Positions 31,145 through 40,892 of a stretch of 64,000 nt of DNA are shown here, one piece after another. Each line of letters starts with the position of its first letter. The first letter of the stretch is position 1. Source of the stretch: Nitrospira sp. (GTDB lineage Bacteria > Nitrospirota > Nitrospiria > Nitrospirales > Nitrospiraceae); contig AP038806.1 in the NCBI GenBank assembly GCA_047150005.1, positions 3,232,001 through 3,296,000 on the forward strand. Reading direction: 5' to 3'. The notes beneath the pieces are model-generated. The model made no database searches and was not told where the DNA came from. It worked only from the letters and a program-made list of their open reading frames with translations. Both the position numbers and the translations under genes were made by a program.

Positions 31145-32874
31145 TACACCTCCACTTCCTGCTGCGTCATACGCAACACTTCTTCGGTGGTCGTGATCCC
31201 TTGAAAGATCCTATCCGCGGCTTCGTCTTTCAGGAGAATCATGCCTTTGGCGAGGGAGGTCTGTCGGATCGCCGCGGCATCCGCCTTGCTGCCGATGAGG
31301 CGGCGAATGTCGTCGTCCATCACCAGCAGCTCGTGGATGCCGGTTCGGCCGCGGTAGCCTGTCTGAGAACAGGCTGGACATCCGGCGCCTCGGAAGAACG
31401 TCGGCCGTTTCTTTCCCGGGACCACCCCGAGGCGGATCAGTTCTTCGTCGTCCGGTTCATACGACTTCTTGCAGTCCGGGCAGATCTTGCGGATCAACCG
31501 CTGGGCGAGCACGGCCACCACGGACGAGGCCACCAGAAACGGCTCGATTCCCATGTCGATCAGGCGCGTCGCGGCGCTGGCCGCGTCGTTGGTGTGCAGT
31601 GTGGAAAATACGAGGTGGCCTGTCAACGACGCATGGATCGCGATCTCCGCCGTCTCACGGTCCCGGATTTCTCCAATCATGATGACGTCCGGGTCCTGTC
31701 GCAAGATGGACCGGAGTCCGGCGGCGAACGTCAGATTGATCTTCGGATTGACCTGCATCTGCCCGATGCCGACCAGCTGATATTCCACCGGATCCTCGAC
31801 GGTGATGATGTTCTTGTCCGGCGCGTTGATTTCGCTGAGGGCGGCATAGAGGGTGGTGGTCTTGCCGCTCCCCGTCGGCCCCGTAACGAGGATGATGCCG
31901 TGTGTCAGTTGAATGAGTTGTTGAATGGTGCGGAGCCGGTCCTGTGAGAACCCCATTTCGGAGAGATTCAGAAGGCGATTCTCCTTTTCCAGCAACCGCA
32001 GCACGACCCGCTCGCCGTGCGAGGTCGGGAGCACCGACACGCGCAGGTCGATGTCCTTGCCGGCCGTGCGGATGGCGAACCGTCCGTCCTGCGGCAGCCG
32101 CTTTTCAGCGATGTTCAGTCCGGCCATGATCTTCAGCCGCGCGATAATGCTCGACTGCAGATGTTTCGGAGGCGTCAGAACGGGATACAGCACGCCGTCG
32201 ATCCGGTAGCGGACGACCAAGCCGCGCTCGAAGGATTCGAAGTGGATGTCGCTTGCTCTCTGTCGCGCCGCCTGAAAAAGAACGGAATTGACCAGGCGGA
32301 TGATCGGCGCTTCGTCGGTGGCATCCAGGAGATCTTTCGGTTCGTCGAGCGCATGGGCCAGTTGGTCCAGATTCTCGTTGGCGGCGATGTCCTCCATGAC
32401 CTGCTCGGCGCCGGTCGGACTGGCAATTTCGTCATAGACCCGGTTGAGGCAGCCCATAAGCGCGATGGCAGTGGTCAGCACCGGCTTGACCGGCCGACCC
32501 AACAGGAGACGCAGATCGTCGAGGGCGGCGGTTTCCAGTGGGTCCGTGGTCGCGACTAGAATGGCTCCCTCTTCGGCCTTGATCGGAAGCACGCGGTATC
32601 GCCGCGCAAAGTGGATCGGAACTTTCTTGATCCAGTCGTGCTCGATCTGGGCGGTGTCGAGATGGGGTAGCCACGGCAGCCCGAATTGCAGCGCGAGCGC
32701 TTGGAGCAGCTGGTCCTCCTCGATGGCACGGAGGCGGATCAGCAGTTCCCCGAGCCGGCCGCCCTTGGTTTGCTGGAGGTTCAGCGCTTCCAGGAGCTTC
32801 GCCTCCGGGACCCCGAACTTGCCTTCCAAGATGCTCCCCAACAGAGGAGGGCCGTTTGATTCAGAAGAGGTCAC
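31144..32874 (-). CDS. gspE: T2SS ATPase E
   Basis: GPTGSGKTTTLY, LRQDPDVIMIGEIRD, tetra-Cys motif, MshEN-like RLGELL N-terminus. Confidence 0.96.
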   Translation of the reverse strand: MTSSESNGPPLLGSILEGKFGVPEAKLLEALNLQQTKGGRLGELLIRLRAIEEDQLLQALALQFGLPWLPHLDTAQIEHDWIKKVPIHFARRYRVLPIKAEEGAILVATTDPLETAALDDLRLLLGRPVKPVLTTAIALMGCLNRVYDEIASPTGAEQVMEDIAANENLDQLAHALDEPKDLLDATDEAPIIRLVNSVLFQAARQRASDIHFESFERGLVVRYRIDGVLYPVLTPPKHLQSSIIARLKIMAGLNIAEKRLPQDGRFAIRTAGKDIDLRVSVLPTSHGERVVLRLLEKENRLLNLSEMGFSQDRLRTIQQLIQLTHGIILVTGPTGSGKTTTLYAALSEINAPDKNIITVEDPVEYQLVGIGQMQVNPKINLTFAAGLRSILRQDPDVIMIGEIRDRETAEIAIHASLTGHLVFSTLHTNDAASAATRLIDMGIEPFLVASSVVAVLAQRLIRKICPDCKKSYEPDDEELIRLGVVPGKKRPTFFRGAGCPACSQTGYRGRTGIHELLVMDDDIRRLIGSKADAAAIRQTSLAKGMILLKDEAADRIFQGITTTEEVLRMTQQEVEV

Positions 32875-33034
32875 AATTCCTCAGTACTGCGGGCCGGATG
32901 GTCGATAGGCGCATGTGAACATGAGCAGCAACACAAGCGACGAAGCCCACCGGACGAACATACATAAGGATGCCAGTCCAATGAGGCGTTCCGGCGCATC
33001 GGGTAGGTCGGACGGGCGGATCGCCGCCGTCCTG

Positions 33035-33907
33035 TCAGCGGATGTCGTATAGCAACGTCGCGCGCTGATTGCTGCGCAGGACGTCCAACTTGACCGTACG
33101 CTCGTTGCGCAGCTGTTGAAAGAGCGTGAGCATGGTCGAGGGATCGCGGATCTCCACCCCGTTGACCTGTTTTAGCACGTCCCCTTGATGCAGGCCGATT
33201 TTCTCATAAAAGCTCGAGGGGGCAATATAGTCCATGCGGAATCCGCTCATGGAGCCGTTGGCCATCACCGGAACCGCCCGTGCCTGCGACAGCAGCTTCG
33301 GCAGATCGCCGATCGCCTGGTCGACTTCGCGCCGGTCGAGCGTCTTCTTGATGGGGGCGCCCGGGACTGCCGGTGTCGATGCCGCTTGCGGTCTGGGCAT
33401 CATCGGCGGCTGGTCTTCGCCCGTGCTGAGCCCGAGAAATTCCTGTTGTCCCCCTTGACGGATCACCACACCGTCGCGACGAATTTCTATGACTTCTCCT
33501 GCGTCCGGCACCTGGTCATGCAAACGGAAGAACAATTGTTGCTTGCTGGCGATCATCTCGACGATGGCGGAAACACCTCCATGATCGCCGATCACGACGC
33601 CCAGCAGCTTCATCTTCGAGGCCAGGTTGAGCGGCTGTTGGACCACCCCTGCGGTCGCGCCCGGCGTCCCATCCGGGGCCGTCGCAACCGGGTCTGGCGG
33701 TAGCGGGAACAGTCCGCTGGTTCGAACCTGGTACGCTAGGGTAGCGGCGGACTGATTCGTCGACGGATCGACGGCGCCGGCGGTGCGAGGGGCAACCACG
33801 CCGGCCGGCACCAGCAGGGCTTCGGCGACCACCGCATTGATGGTGTGAGCGACCAGGAAGGCCGCAACCATTATATAGACTCCGATCACAGTCCGGCGCA
33901 CCGTCAT
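33035..33907 (-). CDS. gspC: T2SS protein C with PDZ domain
   Basis: TM, HR domain KLLGVV, PDZ IGLHQGDVLKQVNG. Confidence 0.9.
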   Translation of the reverse strand: MTVRRTVIGVYIMVAAFLVAHTINAVVAEALLVPAGVVAPRTAGAVDPSTNQSAATLAYQVRTSGLFPLPPDPVATAPDGTPGATAGVVQQPLNLASKMKLLGVVIGDHGGVSAIVEMIASKQQLFFRLHDQVPDAGEVIEIRRDGVVIRQGGQQEFLGLSTGEDQPPMMPRPQAASTPAVPGAPIKKTLDRREVDQAIGDLPKLLSQARAVPVMANGSMSGFRMDYIAPSSFYEKIGLHQGDVLKQVNGVEIRDPSTMLTLFQQLRNERTVKLDVLRSNQRATLLYDIR

Positions 33908-33969
33908 CGTTATGAACTCACTCCGAATCTGTGCGTGAATCTCAACCTCAGCCTGAACCTTCTTGAATT

Positions 33970-33997
33970 GCTGGCGGTCATTTTCGACATCCTGCTA
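33970..33997 (-). repeat. Solo MITE terminus
   Basis: Reverse complement TAGCAGGATGTCGAAAA matches the MITE left end at 47602 in 16/17 positions. Confidence 0.6.
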
Positions 33998-34009
33998 CAA
34001 TGCGCGGCC

Positions 34010-36841
34010 ATGCCGTTGATCTTGCCCGAAAAATCCCGAGCCGTCGCCGAGGATCTGCGTCGTCTGTTGGGATCGTCCGCCGTCAAAGATGACGCGGCCA
34101 CCAAGACGGCGTACGCCGTGGACGCCAGCATGTACCGGATGATACCACAGGCCGTTGCGCTGGTGGAAACCGAATCCCATATCCAGTCCGTCATTCGCTA
34201 TGCTGTACCGCGGGGCATTCCGGTGACCGCGAGGGCGGCGGGGACCAATCTCACCGGCTCCGCCATCGGATCCGGGATCATTCTCGACGTCTCGCGCATG
34301 CACCGCATTCTCGAGATCAATCGCGAGGAGCGCTGGGCCAGGGTACAGCCGGGCATTGTCCTGGCGGAACTCAACAAGCAGCTCGCACGCCAGGGGCTGC
34401 TCTTCGGTCCCGATCCGTCGAGCGGAGACATGTGCAAGCTCGGCGGGATGCTTGCGAACAATTCAGCCGGTCCTCATACCCTCCGTTACGGGTCGGTCAA
34501 GGACAATGTCCGGGCGCTGCGCGTCTGTCTCCAGTCCGGAGACTGGCTTGATGCGCGCGACTATGCGATCGACGATCCGGACCTGTCCGGACTGCTGGCT
34601 GCGCATGACGCGGTCGGCGACGCCTGGTCGTTGGTCCGGAGGCATGCCGACCTCCTGGTGCGTACGCGTCCGGACGTCAGCAAGAATAGTTGCGGCTATA
34701 ACCTCTTCGGGATCGCCGACGGGTTGGCCCGCGGGCGGTTCGATCTGCCGAAGCTCTTCGTCGGGAGCGAAGGGACGTTGGGTGTTTTCGGCGAAGCCAC
34801 GATCGATCTGGTCGACAAGCCGCGCGCAACCCTCACGGCGCTGATCCATTTCAAACGGTTGGAGGACGTGGGAGACGTGGTGCCGAAGCTGCTTGAACTC
34901 GGGCCCAGCGCCTTGGAGGTCATGGATGCCAATACGCTCGATTTGATCGGGCGCTCACGACACGGCATCCCGGCCGATGCAGCCGCGACGTTGTTGGCCG
35001 AACTCGACGCGCAGGACGACCAGGCCGATTTGCACGAGCGCGCGGAGCGCATGGCGACCGTGTGCCGCGGCTATCCCCTGGCCTCCGCCATCGCCATCGC
35101 CTATGATCAAGAGCGCCGGGACGAGCTCTGGAAGGCGCGCAAGGCTCTCTATCCGACGCTCTACCGGTTTGACCCGCACAAGAAGCCGATCAATTTCGTG
35201 GACGATGTCGTGGTGCGCGCGGAACGTATCAGCGAGTTGATCCGCTACCTCGAGGATTTCTTTCACGGCCAGCGCGTTCCGGTGGCGATCTTCGGCCATA
35301 TCGGCAACGGCAACGCCCATATCGTTCCCCTCCTGGACGTGAACGACGAGGGGGATTTCGAGAAGATGGTGCGGGGCTATCATGAGATCCATCAGACCGT
35401 CCTCGACCGGTTTAACGGCTCGATTTGCGGCGAGCACGGTGACGGGCGGGTGAGGGCCGAGTTCGTCCGTGCGATGTTCGGGCCGGAACTCTACGATCTG
35501 TTCGTCCGCGTGAAACGGAGCTTCGATCCGGCCGGGGTGCTCAATCCCGGCGTCAAGATCAGCGATCGCCCTTTTACCGACCAGATCGATTACACGAGAC
35601 TGTCGAAGTCCTGCGCCACCTGCGCCAAGTGCAATGCCGTCTGTCCGGTCTATGATGTGTTCCGCTCCGAGGACATGAGCTCTCGGGGCTGGTTCGAGAT
35701 CCTGACGGACAAAAATTATTCCTACGACGACTCGAAGCGGGTGGTCGAGGCTTGTCTCAACTGCAAGTCCTGCCGCACCGCCTGTCCGGCCGGGGTGGAC
35801 GTCTCGCAACTGATCCTCGACCGGCGCGCCGAACGTCCGAACCGGCTGGCCGGACGGCTCTTCGCGTTACACGCCCAACAGGAGAAGTTTGCCCGGTATC
35901 TGAGAATCCTGGCCAGGCTGCAGCCGCTGTGGGACCGGCCGATTGTCCGTAGAATTCTGGACGTCGCGACCAGGCCGATCATGCGCCGGCTGGCCGACAA
36001 GGCCAGACTCTCGGCCGACGTGGCACTGCCCAAGCTCGCCACTCGGCAGCTGCGCGATCGCCATGCGGATCTTATTCCGAAGCCGGGCGGGGCTCGGTCC
36101 ACCGTCGCCTACTTTCATGGCTGCGCCGCCAACTATTTCGACGATGGAGTCGGGGACGCCGTCATCGCCGTGCTGCGGCGGCACGGAGTCACCCCGGACC
36201 TGCCGGCCCAGCGCTGTTCGGGGACCCCGATCGAGACCTATGGCCATCGCGAGCTCGCCAAGGAAGGCGCGCGGCTGAATCTGCGTTCCTTCGCCGGGTA
36301 CGACACCGTCGTGACCGGCTGCGCGTCCTGCACGCTGATGCTCAAGGACTACCCCACATGGTTCGCCGGCGAAGCGGAACAGAGCGTAGCCGAGGCCTTG
36401 GCTCGTCGCGTGCGGCATATCTCAGAATTCGTGGCACAGTCACCGGTGAAGCCGGCGGCTGCAGCGGCGGACCAGCGCGGGCGGCGGATCGGCTACCACT
36501 CGTCTTGTCATCTGCGCGCCGCCGGCGTGACGAAAGAGCCTCGCGCCGTGCTGGCAGCACTGCCGGGCGTTGACTACGTCGAGATGCCCGACGCCGACCG
36601 GTGCGCCGGCGGAGCCGGGACGTATCTGGTGAAGGACTTCGAGACGTCCCAACGCATCGTGGAGCGCAAGCAGCGCGCCGTAGAACAGAGCGGGGTGGAG
36701 GTGGTGGCGACGAGCTGCCCGGCTTGCATGATTCAGTTGCGGACCGGGTTGCGCGGGACGGCGGAGGTCAAGCACGTGGCTCAGGTCCTTCAGGACGCCT
36801 ATGAGGCCGCCGATCGTCCGCCGCAGGGGAGTGGGTCATGA
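34010..36841 (+). CDS. FAD-binding/(4Fe-4S) oxidoreductase, GlcD-GlcF fusion type
   Basis: GTNLTG, GSEGTLG, GHIGNGNAH, GEHGDG, two CxxCxxCxxxCP motifs, two CCG-like domains. Confidence 0.9.
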   Translation: MPLILPEKSRAVAEDLRRLLGSSAVKDDAATKTAYAVDASMYRMIPQAVALVETESHIQSVIRYAVPRGIPVTARAAGTNLTGSAIGSGIILDVSRMHRILEINREERWARVQPGIVLAELNKQLARQGLLFGPDPSSGDMCKLGGMLANNSAGPHTLRYGSVKDNVRALRVCLQSGDWLDARDYAIDDPDLSGLLAAHDAVGDAWSLVRRHADLLVRTRPDVSKNSCGYNLFGIADGLARGRFDLPKLFVGSEGTLGVFGEATIDLVDKPRATLTALIHFKRLEDVGDVVPKLLELGPSALEVMDANTLDLIGRSRHGIPADAAATLLAELDAQDDQADLHERAERMATVCRGYPLASAIAIAYDQERRDELWKARKALYPTLYRFDPHKKPINFVDDVVVRAERISELIRYLEDFFHGQRVPVAIFGHIGNGNAHIVPLLDVNDEGDFEKMVRGYHEIHQTVLDRFNGSICGEHGDGRVRAEFVRAMFGPELYDLFVRVKRSFDPAGVLNPGVKISDRPFTDQIDYTRLSKSCATCAKCNAVCPVYDVFRSEDMSSRGWFEILTDKNYSYDDSKRVVEACLNCKSCRTACPAGVDVSQLILDRRAERPNRLAGRLFALHAQQEKFARYLRILARLQPLWDRPIVRRILDVATRPIMRRLADKARLSADVALPKLATRQLRDRHADLIPKPGGARSTVAYFHGCAANYFDDGVGDAVIAVLRRHGVTPDLPAQRCSGTPIETYGHRELAKEGARLNLRSFAGYDTVVTGCASCTLMLKDYPTWFAGEAEQSVAEALARRVRHISEFVAQSPVKPAAAAADQRGRRIGYHSSCHLRAAGVTKEPRAVLAALPGVDYVEMPDADRCAGGAGTYLVKDFETSQRIVERKQRAVEQSGVEVVATSCPACMIQLRTGLRGTAEVKHVAQVLQDAYEAADRPPQGSGS

Positions 36842-37077
36842 CGCTGCGGAAGGTGGATTGGATCTTCGTGGCCGCGGCTCTGGCGGTCGTCCTCGGTGTG
36901 TCGCTGCTGCCGGCGCCGAGGGACCGCAACCCTCGGATTCCCGGGAATGCCGAACACCAAGCCGTTGCGGTCGAGAAGGATTGTGTGGGGTGCCACCGGG
37001 TAGACGGCATCAGGCCGATTTCGGCCCGCCATCCTAAGCGGCAGGACTGCCTGCGTTGTCATGCGCGTGGAGCATAA
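36838..37077 (+). CDS. Small membrane-anchored diheme cytochrome c
   Basis: ATGA overlap; TM; CVGCH and CLRCH, each with an upstream His. Confidence 0.85.
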   Translation: MTLRKVDWIFVAAALAVVLGVSLLPAPRDRNPRIPGNAEHQAVAVEKDCVGCHRVDGIRPISARHPKRQDCLRCHARGA

Positions 37078-37174
37078 TGCGGCGGTCGCCGCGGGCGAAG
37101 TACCCGGTCCTCTTGGCCGGGTCGTGAGGCAAAACGAGAGATGGGGCTACGGAGCCGAGACGAGGTCGAACGAC

Positions 37175-37453
37175 ATGGTGAAAGTATTGGTATTCGGGCT
37201 GACTCTGCGCGATGCCGTCGGCGAGCATGAAATCGAAGTCGAATGTCCTGGTCCCACCACGGTGAAGAAACTTGTCGAGGCCAACCAGGGCACGCTCGGC
37301 GCCTTGGCCCAGTTCATGGCCAACCGGGAGGTGTTGATCACCGTCAACAAGAAGGTGAGCACGGAAGACAGCGCCGTGAAAGACGGCGATGTCGTGAAAC
37401 TGTCCTATCAATCCAGAGCGTCATACGACGGCACGCGGGACATCCCAACCTGA
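37175..37453 (+). CDS. MoaD/ThiS-like beta-grasp protein lacking C-terminal GG
   Basis: VKVLVFG.LRDAVG, TVKKLV, ITVNKK, VKDGDVVKL; ends RDIPT. Confidence 0.8.
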   Translation: MVKVLVFGLTLRDAVGEHEIEVECPGPTTVKKLVEANQGTLGALAQFMANREVLITVNKKVSTEDSAVKDGDVVKLSYQSRASYDGTRDIPT

Positions 37454-37489
37454 TCCGGTCGCCGTTCCTCTCAATGCCGGGCCGCGTCC

Positions 37490-38743
37490 ATGACGCCATC
37501 ATTCATGCCGATAGGACCCAGACCCGCCGCAGTGGTCTTTATCCTCGTCACCGTCCTGTTGGACGTCCTCTCATTCGGCATCATCATTCCCGTGCTGCCC
37601 GTGCTGGTGGAACGATTTACGTCGGGTGATACGGCCCGCGCGGCGGAAGTCTATGGTTTGATGGGCACAGCCTGGGCGTTCATGCAGTTCGCCTGCTCGC
37701 CGATTCAAGGAGCCCTCTCCGACCGGTTTGGGCGGCGTCCGGTGGTGCTGCTGTCAAACGTCGGGCTGGGACTGGACTACATCCTCATGGCCCTTGCGCC
37801 CGATATCACGTGGCTCTTCGTCGGGCGGGTCCTGTCGGGCATGGCGTCGTCCAGTTTCAGCACCGCGGGGGCCTACATCGCAGACGTCACGGCGGTCGAG
37901 CAGCGGGCCGCTGCCTTTGGCAAGATGGGAGTGGCGTTCGGGTTGGGGTTCGTGCTGGGTCCCGCGGTCGGTGGACTGCTCGGTGCCGTCGATCCGCGGC
38001 TGCCGTTTTGGGGCGCGGCTGGGACCAGTTTGATCAACGCCTGCTATGGGTATTTCGTCCTGCCTGAATCACTGCACCCGGAGAAACGCCGTGCCTTTAC
38101 ATGGACGCGGGCGAATCCGGTGGGCGCCCTGGCGCTGCTCCGATCCCATCGTGAACTCTTCGGACTCGCCTTGGCGAATTTTATTATGAACCTCGCGCAT
38201 GTGGTGCTGCCCAGCGTCACGGTATTGTACTTGGGCTACAAGTTCGGATGGGACAGCGCCGCGGTCGGACTGACCCTCGCGGCCGTCGGAGCCTTCGCCA
38301 TGATCGTACAAGGCGTTCTCGTGGGGCCCATCACCCGGGCGTATGGGGAGCCGCGGACCGTACGAGCCGGATTATTCTGCGGCGCGCTGGGATTTTCCAT
38401 CTATGGGCTGGCGCCGCGCGGCTGGGTCTACTGTCTCGGCATCCCGATCATGGCCTTCTGGGGACTGGCCGGTCCGGCCATGCAGTCCTTGATGACCAGG
38501 AGGGTCGGTCACACGGAACAGGGGCGGCTGCAAGGGGCCATCGCGAGTTTGATCGGTATTGCCGGTCTGGTCGGGCCAGGCTTGTTCACACAAACGTTCG
38601 CATACTTCATCAATCCGGACACCTGGTGGCATCTCCCGGGGGCACCCTTTCTCCTGGCCTCATGTCTGCTGATGCTGGCCATGACGATCGCCTGGGCGGC
38701 CACGAATCAGCGCGAAGAATCCGGTGGGCCGCCCGGCGCCTGA
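37490..38743 (+). CDS. TetA/TCR-family MFS transporter
   Basis: GALSDRFGRRPV, GAYIADVT, GFVLGPAVGG, EQGRLQG. Confidence 0.93.
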   Translation: MTPSFMPIGPRPAAVVFILVTVLLDVLSFGIIIPVLPVLVERFTSGDTARAAEVYGLMGTAWAFMQFACSPIQGALSDRFGRRPVVLLSNVGLGLDYILMALAPDITWLFVGRVLSGMASSSFSTAGAYIADVTAVEQRAAAFGKMGVAFGLGFVLGPAVGGLLGAVDPRLPFWGAAGTSLINACYGYFVLPESLHPEKRRAFTWTRANPVGALALLRSHRELFGLALANFIMNLAHVVLPSVTVLYLGYKFGWDSAAVGLTLAAVGAFAMIVQGVLVGPITRAYGEPRTVRAGLFCGALGFSIYGLAPRGWVYCLGIPIMAFWGLAGPAMQSLMTRRVGHTEQGRLQGAIASLIGIAGLVGPGLFTQTFAYFINPDTWWHLPGAPFLLASCLLMLAMTIAWAATNQREESGGPPGA

Positions 38744-39744
38744 GCGTCGATCTGACCGATTCCTTCCGTGTGACGAGTCCCGCGTTCCATGCCGTGCACG
38801 AAGATCTGACGGTGGCGATAGATCGACAGGGCGCGTCGTTCGGCGGCCTCCGCTTCCGCCGGTTCTCCCGCTTGGCGGTACAGACCGCCCAGAAGCGCCA
38901 GAGCTTTCGCTTCCGTGAGCGGATCACGGAGGGTTTGCGAGAGAAAAATCGTCTGTTTGCTTGATTCGACCGCTTCTTTCACTCGGCCGCTCGCTTCATC
39001 CATATAGGCAAGTTTGAGGTGAAGGGAGGCTTCCATCGCCATATCCCGTTCTGTCTGGGCCAACTCAAGGCCTGCTTCATAATAGGATCTGGCTTCCGAT
39101 TCCCGATCGAGAAGCCACTGGGCGTTGCCCAGCGCGACGGTCGCTGCAAGTTGCTGGGCCGGATCCCGCCTGGCACGCGCATCCTCCAACGCCTGCTGTA
39201 ACAGCGTCATGCCGGGTTCGGCCGCGCCGTCGGCGACGTCCAACAGTCCCAGTTGAATTCCGGCCTCGTTGTGTCCTTGACGGTCCTTCGCGCGCTCGAA
39301 GAGCGTCGTCGCCTGTCGTAAGGAATCGCGCGCAACGTCGATCTGTCCGAGACCGGCGGCAATCCGCCCCATGGCCAGCAAGGCCCTCGCGTGGGCGAGT
39401 CGATCGACCGATCGTGCATAGATCGAGACCGCTTCCTGAAGTTGGACATAGGCCTCCTGCATCCTGCCTTGCCGCTCGTGGACCAGGGCGATTTTGACCA
39501 GGGAGGCTGCGACGCCGCGCGGCTGCTTGGCCTTCCGGAATTGCGTCAATGCCAGCTGGTAATAGGTCAGAGTTTCTCGGAAGTGGTGCTGGTGGTCGTG
39601 GATTTCTCCGATCCGGAGCAGCTCGTCCCCCGTCAATTGGCCGGCGGAGGACACAAGACGAATGAGCGGGGACTGAGCCGGCTCCCATCCGGAAAGTCCG
39701 GCCGACAGGAGAAGCCCCAACAGGGGCCAGCTGGCGACATGCAT
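38707..39744 (-). CDS. Tetratricopeptide-repeat protein with signal peptide
   Basis: Repeated A..LG......G...A.......AL helices. Confidence 0.8.
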   Translation of the reverse strand: MHVASWPLLGLLLSAGLSGWEPAQSPLIRLVSSAGQLTGDELLRIGEIHDHQHHFRETLTYYQLALTQFRKAKQPRGVAASLVKIALVHERQGRMQEAYVQLQEAVSIYARSVDRLAHARALLAMGRIAAGLGQIDVARDSLRQATTLFERAKDRQGHNEAGIQLGLLDVADGAAEPGMTLLQQALEDARARRDPAQQLAATVALGNAQWLLDRESEARSYYEAGLELAQTERDMAMEASLHLKLAYMDEASGRVKEAVESSKQTIFLSQTLRDPLTEAKALALLGGLYRQAGEPAEAEAAERRALSIYRHRQIFVHGMERGTRHTEGIGQIDAQAPGGPPDSSR

Positions 39745-39775
39745 GTAAAAAGCATGCGCTTCAAGGAGTGGAAGG

Positions 39776-40723
39776 TCAAGCCGCCGCCTCCCGAATGGCA
39801 GCCGTCCGGTTCGAAGATGCTGGCGATGCCATGGCCGACGGAGTGCTCTGCGACGCCGTGCCGGCCGCCAGCTTCGCGAATTCGCGCATCAAGATCGTGA
39901 CGCGCGCCACGTAACGGCGGACGTCATGGTCGCCGCACCGCTGTCTGGACACAAACCGGAATCCACGGGCGACGAATTCACGACCCGCGCCAGCTCCGCA
40001 GAGATGAATCACGGCGGCCAGTTCCTGCTTTTTCCGCAGCGACACCGCGGCGAGGCGGCGGGGTCCCAGGATCTGGGCCACGCGACGGTCCAGGAGTGCG
40101 GCGGTCAGCTCGATCGCGTGACTCGGCAACACGCGCATGTAGAGATCGTTGAACCAACACGAGCGGAGATCGTGCCAGGGACCCTCTTCGACGACGTGAT
40201 GGTCGTGGATACAATAACGTTTGGCTTCCTGGAAGGTTCCGTCGGTGATCTGATAGAGACCGACGGCGCTCGACGCCGGTTGATACACACGTAACGGATT
40301 CCAGGTCAGATGCCATCGCCAGTACGTGCGGGCCACGGGGTTGCCTCCGCTCTCCAGTTGCGCGAGCGCCGCGAGAAATTCCGGGGTGATGACGACGGTC
40401 GAATGTTCGACGAACAGGGACTTGTATTGCCGCCATGTGTCGGCGGGATTCTTGTCCAGTGAGTCGTCCAGCGGAAAAAACAGCTCGCTCGGCTTGTGGA
40501 TCGCGTGATACGTCCAATTCACCGTGGACCAGATCAAGAGAAGCAGGATTCCGCCCACGATCACGCGAAACGGGAGGGGCGAGGCGGCCAGGGCGGCCCG
40601 CATCAACTGGAATTCGTTCCATCGCGCCTGCGCGAAACAGCGAATTCTCGCCAGCCTCCTTCGAAGACCGGGTCTCCGTCCGTGAGCCTTCCTGGCGGAG
40701 CGACGGTTTGGTCGGGCGGCCAT
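39776..40723 (-). CDS. Lytic transglycosylase (SLT)-like membrane protein
   Basis: [29 protein letters not shown]. Confidence 0.75.
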   Translation of the reverse strand: MAARPNRRSARKAHGRRPGLRRRLARIRCFAQARWNEFQLMRAALAASPLPFRVIVGGILLLLIWSTVNWTYHAIHKPSELFFPLDDSLDKNPADTWRQYKSLFVEHSTVVITPEFLAALAQLESGGNPVARTYWRWHLTWNPLRVYQPASSAVGLYQITDGTFQEAKRYCIHDHHVVEEGPWHDLRSCWFNDLYMRVLPSHAIELTAALLDRRVAQILGPRRLAAVSLRKKQELAAVIHLCGAGAGREFVARGFRFVSRQRCGDHDVRRYVARVTILMREFAKLAAGTASQSTPSAMASPASSNRTAAIREAAA

Positions 40724-40892
40724 GGCTCACTATACCCCGAATCGTCGGAGAGGGAATCAACGCCGACGCTTGCCGCGCAGGCGGTGTTTCGCGCGGAACC
40801 GGGGGTTGCTATTGCGTTCCCCGACAGTCCAGGATGGGCATGAGAACGAACGAATCCGTTCGAAGGCGATCAATCAGGAGTCGAACACTCAC

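Noticed and set aside
37490..38743. Acquired tetracycline resistance gene
   Set aside because: Family-level similarity only; no tetR or mobile context, and composition matches the host
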